From Patescibacteria group bacterium (GTDB taxonomy: Bacteria > Bacteroidota > Ignavibacteria > Kapaibacteriales > DASPKH01), in assembly GCA_035628175.1 (NCBI GenBank), contig DASPKH010000392.1:1-34320 (forward strand): 34,320 bases of DNA. The letters run 5' to 3'. Positions 33,001 through 34,320 of the stretch are shown in pieces (position 1 is the stretch's first letter; every line of letters starts with the position of its first letter). Both the position numbers and the translations under genes were made by a program. Under the pieces are notes generated by a model. It was not told the origin of the DNA and did no database searches. It saw only the letters and a program-made list of their open reading frames with translations.

Positions 33001-34254
33001 TCCACTGTGATGACGGGCTTTGGTACAGAAGGTTTCCGTTTCAACAAAGCAGGACTGAATTTACCGGTAACACTGGCGCAGGGAGATACGCTCTACATCA
33101 ATGCAGAGTTTGTGGCCCCGCGCGGCGGAGCAGCGGAAGCATCCGTAACACCGGTAAGCGATGCCGATAACACGGTAACATCCCGCTGGACGGGAGCCGG
33201 CCTGACAGAAGGAATTGCCGTAAATTTTGAATCAGCCCCTGTCTGTATAGATGCTGACGGAGAACTCGTGGTAACGATCCGCAATGACAACAACACGGAT
33301 GCAATTATTGAAAGCATCACCGTTACAAACCCGTCAAACGGCGCTACGTTCACGGCCACAACGCCAACGGCATTTACAGTTGCGGCAAACGGCGGCACGG
33401 CTACAGTACGCTACCGCGTCAACTCATCAGTCGTTGGCATGAACACTGCTACGCTGATGATCGAAAGTTCCGTATCAGCAGATGCGCAGCCGCTGAACGT
33501 ATCCTTTGAAAGCCGTGACTATACACGCACGGCATCCATGTCACGCGGTCTGAAAGTAGACGTAGGCGATAAGATCGAAGCAGGCATTACCATTGACAAT
33601 GGCGATAACTTTGCTCTTGCCGGTATCAGCCGCCTGGATGTGTCATTTAACTACAACCCAACGCTTGTACAGCTTGATGAGTCATCCATTGCTACTGACC
33701 TGCGCGACTTTGTAATCACACGCAAAGACATTAACCGTACACTTGGCACAGTCAGCTTCTCGGTAGAGTCGGTCGTGAATGCAACACTGCCGTCAACAGG
33801 CGCATTGAACATCGCTAAATGGAAGTTCGACGCCTTCCTCAACGGACAGCCGATCGACAGTATGGAGATCCGTCATACGGTAACGGCATACAATAACCGA
33901 TGCCTGAAGATTGAATCCCGCTCAGGCTTCCTGACGGTCAATCCTGTGTGCGGAGGTGATGTACGCCGTATCAATATCAGCGGTATTACCTATGCTCTTC
34001 AAAGCGTTAGCCCTAACCCAGTGCCGGGTGGCTCAATGGCTACAGTGCAGTTCTCTGTGGGCTTGAAAGGCCATACGGTGATTGAAGTCTATAATGCAAT
34101 GGGTACGCCTGTAGGCCACCTGGTCAATCAGGAGCTTGAGCCAGGTACATATGAGGTACCAATGAACACGGAAAGCTTAAGCTCAGGTGTGTATTACTAC
34201 CGCATTATCTCAGGGCCTTTTACTGAAGCCAAAGAGATCGTTGTGGCTAAGTAG
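30013..34254 (+). CDS. 1413-aa T9SS cargo: IgGFc-binding-protein-N-terminal-like domain, array of ASH/choice-of-anchor-D-like Ig folds, cohesin-like domain, CTD
   Basis: Signal peptide MKNRYGLVLMLLFLMACLSTAPQVHA|KE. 'GTDFWFLFP...LKIYVSAGSAVQCTVEVPG...GIHVTAPVPIVVYGVSRY...SFLAIPTSALGKEYII...FAAYAYGFDSFDSYGHP' (30145-31551) resembles PF17517. Repeated '(L/M)NFG...V......+.+.+.N.G...+.I' units lie at ~31860-33520. 'VGDKIEAGITIDNG...LDVSFNYNPTLVQL' (33553-33947) is cohesin-like. Confidence 0.9.
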   Translation: MKNRYGLVLMLLFLMACLSTAPQVHAKEDIDPSKLPSLLASSNAGTDFWFLFPVCFPEQGGQNSLKIYVSAGSAVQCTVEVPGMGVRYVKTTKPNDIIEFTMYPGEGQPYESNGMPDIAKTEDQTYAEGKGRGIHVTAPVPIVVYGVSRYVYTSDSFLAIPTSALGKEYIISSFADLTGGAFAGLHLPSQTIVIAPYDNTVVTFTLGGSQGTQTVGGMRIGQSKNFRLNKGDIVAFASKKANGIFVDLSGSKFTATKPIAVVSGNQCAYVPETVAACDFIMEMELPTNTWGKEYHISRFVKRKKYAMMKIFAKEPNTKLYRDGNPIPFAVLSTAGGRQGSGYYEGRVLDDGLDPRPIVIKGDKPISITTYNPGQTDDGVSSDPFQLILTPIEQYQKEIIFNTPGIKGGQGFKENYVNLVFEGNADGTMPDDLEFATVNDGKFVWKSVRSVFGATSEPFKGFPGDTKKYYAKIITLPGDGVYKIRAQKPFAAYAYGFDSFDSYGHPTSVALGDLSVRDPDAPDFSFTQQCDGSVNDGKVEDLPKAENDTIKRSNLRAVSLLDGSKNYLLEVEEFVPGDARTTNWKLRVEDASQDALAHVYFVDRAGNDTTVTISYAAPAVRLAETSLNWGLLKVNQEKTMQLVVRNTSTTMPQRITKMEIRGKARFRWVSEPELPQTLEPGESRSFDIIFSSPTEDENVRDSVMIEINDCNKIGAELLAKVGEPVINVSNADFAINPTGVVVERTIIVKNTGKVQLTVTGYTLPTVPQFTLTGWPAITEANPMILQPQQEQQLIISFTSDVAAKYADYINFISDTRKTGPDVDSVALLTAQTVAGNLVPSDYDWKRRRINRTYGGGTVTVVNTGDQEVRIISGKKRTDKGINPEAFEIAPIANVTVQPGDTLRLNATFNPTATGDHHAYYQIVTDKEDVEAMLMGIGTTALLATEDMNFGSTLVNSATPRQKQIRIINQKLDNKIADSTIGEPVVISDLTVTPAGTISTVMTGFGTEGFRFNKAGLNLPVTLAQGDTLYINAEFVAPRGGAAEASVTPVSDADNTVTSRWTGAGLTEGIAVNFESAPVCIDADGELVVTIRNDNNTDAIIESITVTNPSNGATFTATTPTAFTVAANGGTATVRYRVNSSVVGMNTATLMIESSVSADAQPLNVSFESRDYTRTASMSRGLKVDVGDKIEAGITIDNGDNFALAGISRLDVSFNYNPTLVQLDESSIATDLRDFVITRKDINRTLGTVSFSVESVVNATLPSTGALNIAKWKFDAFLNGQPIDSMEIRHTVTAYNNRCLKIESRSGFLTVNPVCGGDVRRINISGITYALQSVSPNPVPGGSMATVQFSVGLKGHTVIEVYNAMGTPVGHLVNQELEPGTYEVPMNTESLSSGVYYYRIISGPFTEAKEIVVAK
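33997..34251 (+). other. T9SS type-A C-terminal sorting domain of the 30013-34254 protein
   Basis: LQSVSPNPVPGGSMATVQFSVGLKGHTVIEVYNAMGTPVGHLVNQELEPGTYEVPMNTESLSSGVYYYRIISGPFTEAKEIVVAK. Confidence 0.85.
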
Positions 34255-34282
34255 ATTCTACCATACAGTAATAATAAAGTCA

Positions 34283-34320
34283 GGCGGAAGAGCTCCATGC
34301 TCTCCCGCCTCCTTTGTTTT
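34283..34320 (+). terminator. Rho-independent terminator after the 30013-34254 gene
   Basis: GGCGGAAGAGC (34283-34293) / GCTCTCCCGCC (34299-34309) form an 11-bp stem with one mismatch. The loop is TCCAT. TCCTTTGTTTT follows and runs to the window end. Confidence 0.7.

Noticed and set aside
1-34320. Search for CRISPR arrays, tRNA/rRNA genes, transposases, integrases, phage genes, toxin-antitoxin or known defence-system genes
   Set aside because: I found no direct-repeat/spacer arrays, no cloverleaf-compatible segments, and no DDE, tyrosine or serine recombinase motifs. No ORF resembles known defence proteins. The only repeats are intragenic domain repeats, the dispersed octamer and the 10-bp array.
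29831-34320. Calling the last gene a horizontally acquired island
   Set aside because: There are no flanking mobility genes, tRNA or direct repeats. Overall composition looks similar to the rest of the window by eye. The octamer desert is partly explained by amino-acid composition. I kept it as a lower-confidence finding rather than annotating a mobile element.

Overview
This is a 34.3-kb chromosomal segment. I found no rRNA, tRNA, CRISPR array, transposase or integrase. Four type-A T9SS C-terminal sorting domains and TAnnTTTG-type -7 promoter boxes point to a T9SS-bearing FCB-group bacterium (Bacteroidota/Ignavibacteriota/Chlorobiota-like). I support 15 CDSs.

Left arm (1-14887, all + strand): the 3' part of a TonB-dependent receptor, a 1377-aa internally duplicated surface protein, a 1491-aa beta-propeller/phytase-like protein with five Ig-like repeats, a PhoX-like lipoprotein, and a di-haem cytochrome c peroxidase/MauG-family lipoprotein. 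Together these read as an organophosphate/phytate acquisition locus.

Middle: a soluble histidine kinase, and a convergent 985-aa multi-PAS hybrid kinase preceded by a small ORF.

Right arm: a 1621-aa T9SS cargo built around a PhoX (DUF839-type) core, an LRR protein, two small membrane proteins, a DUF1624-type acyltransferase, a Ppx/GppA exopolyphosphatase, and a 1413-aa IgGFc-binding-like/Ig-array/cohesin-like T9SS cargo. The four giant T9SS cargo genes occupy about 52% of the bases.

The most unusual signal is not a gene. The palindromic octamer TTTTAAAA occurs 76 times by hand count, where fewer than 1 is expected from composition. The same-composition word AAAATTTT occurs 3 times. TTTTAAAA is enriched in intergenic DNA and at terminator hairpin apices, it fixes the codon spelling of Leu-Leu-Lys and Phe-Lys peptides, and it is completely absent from two of the giant cargo genes. 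This looks like a HIP1-like highly iterated palindrome that I cannot match to any described element.

Second, the three phosphatase-type genes share an unusual promoter layout: an AACTTTG -7 box, no -33 element, and direct repeats phased at 11/22 nt. This may be a lineage-specific Pho-box equivalent.

All family assignments come from motif recognition by eye. No searches were run.
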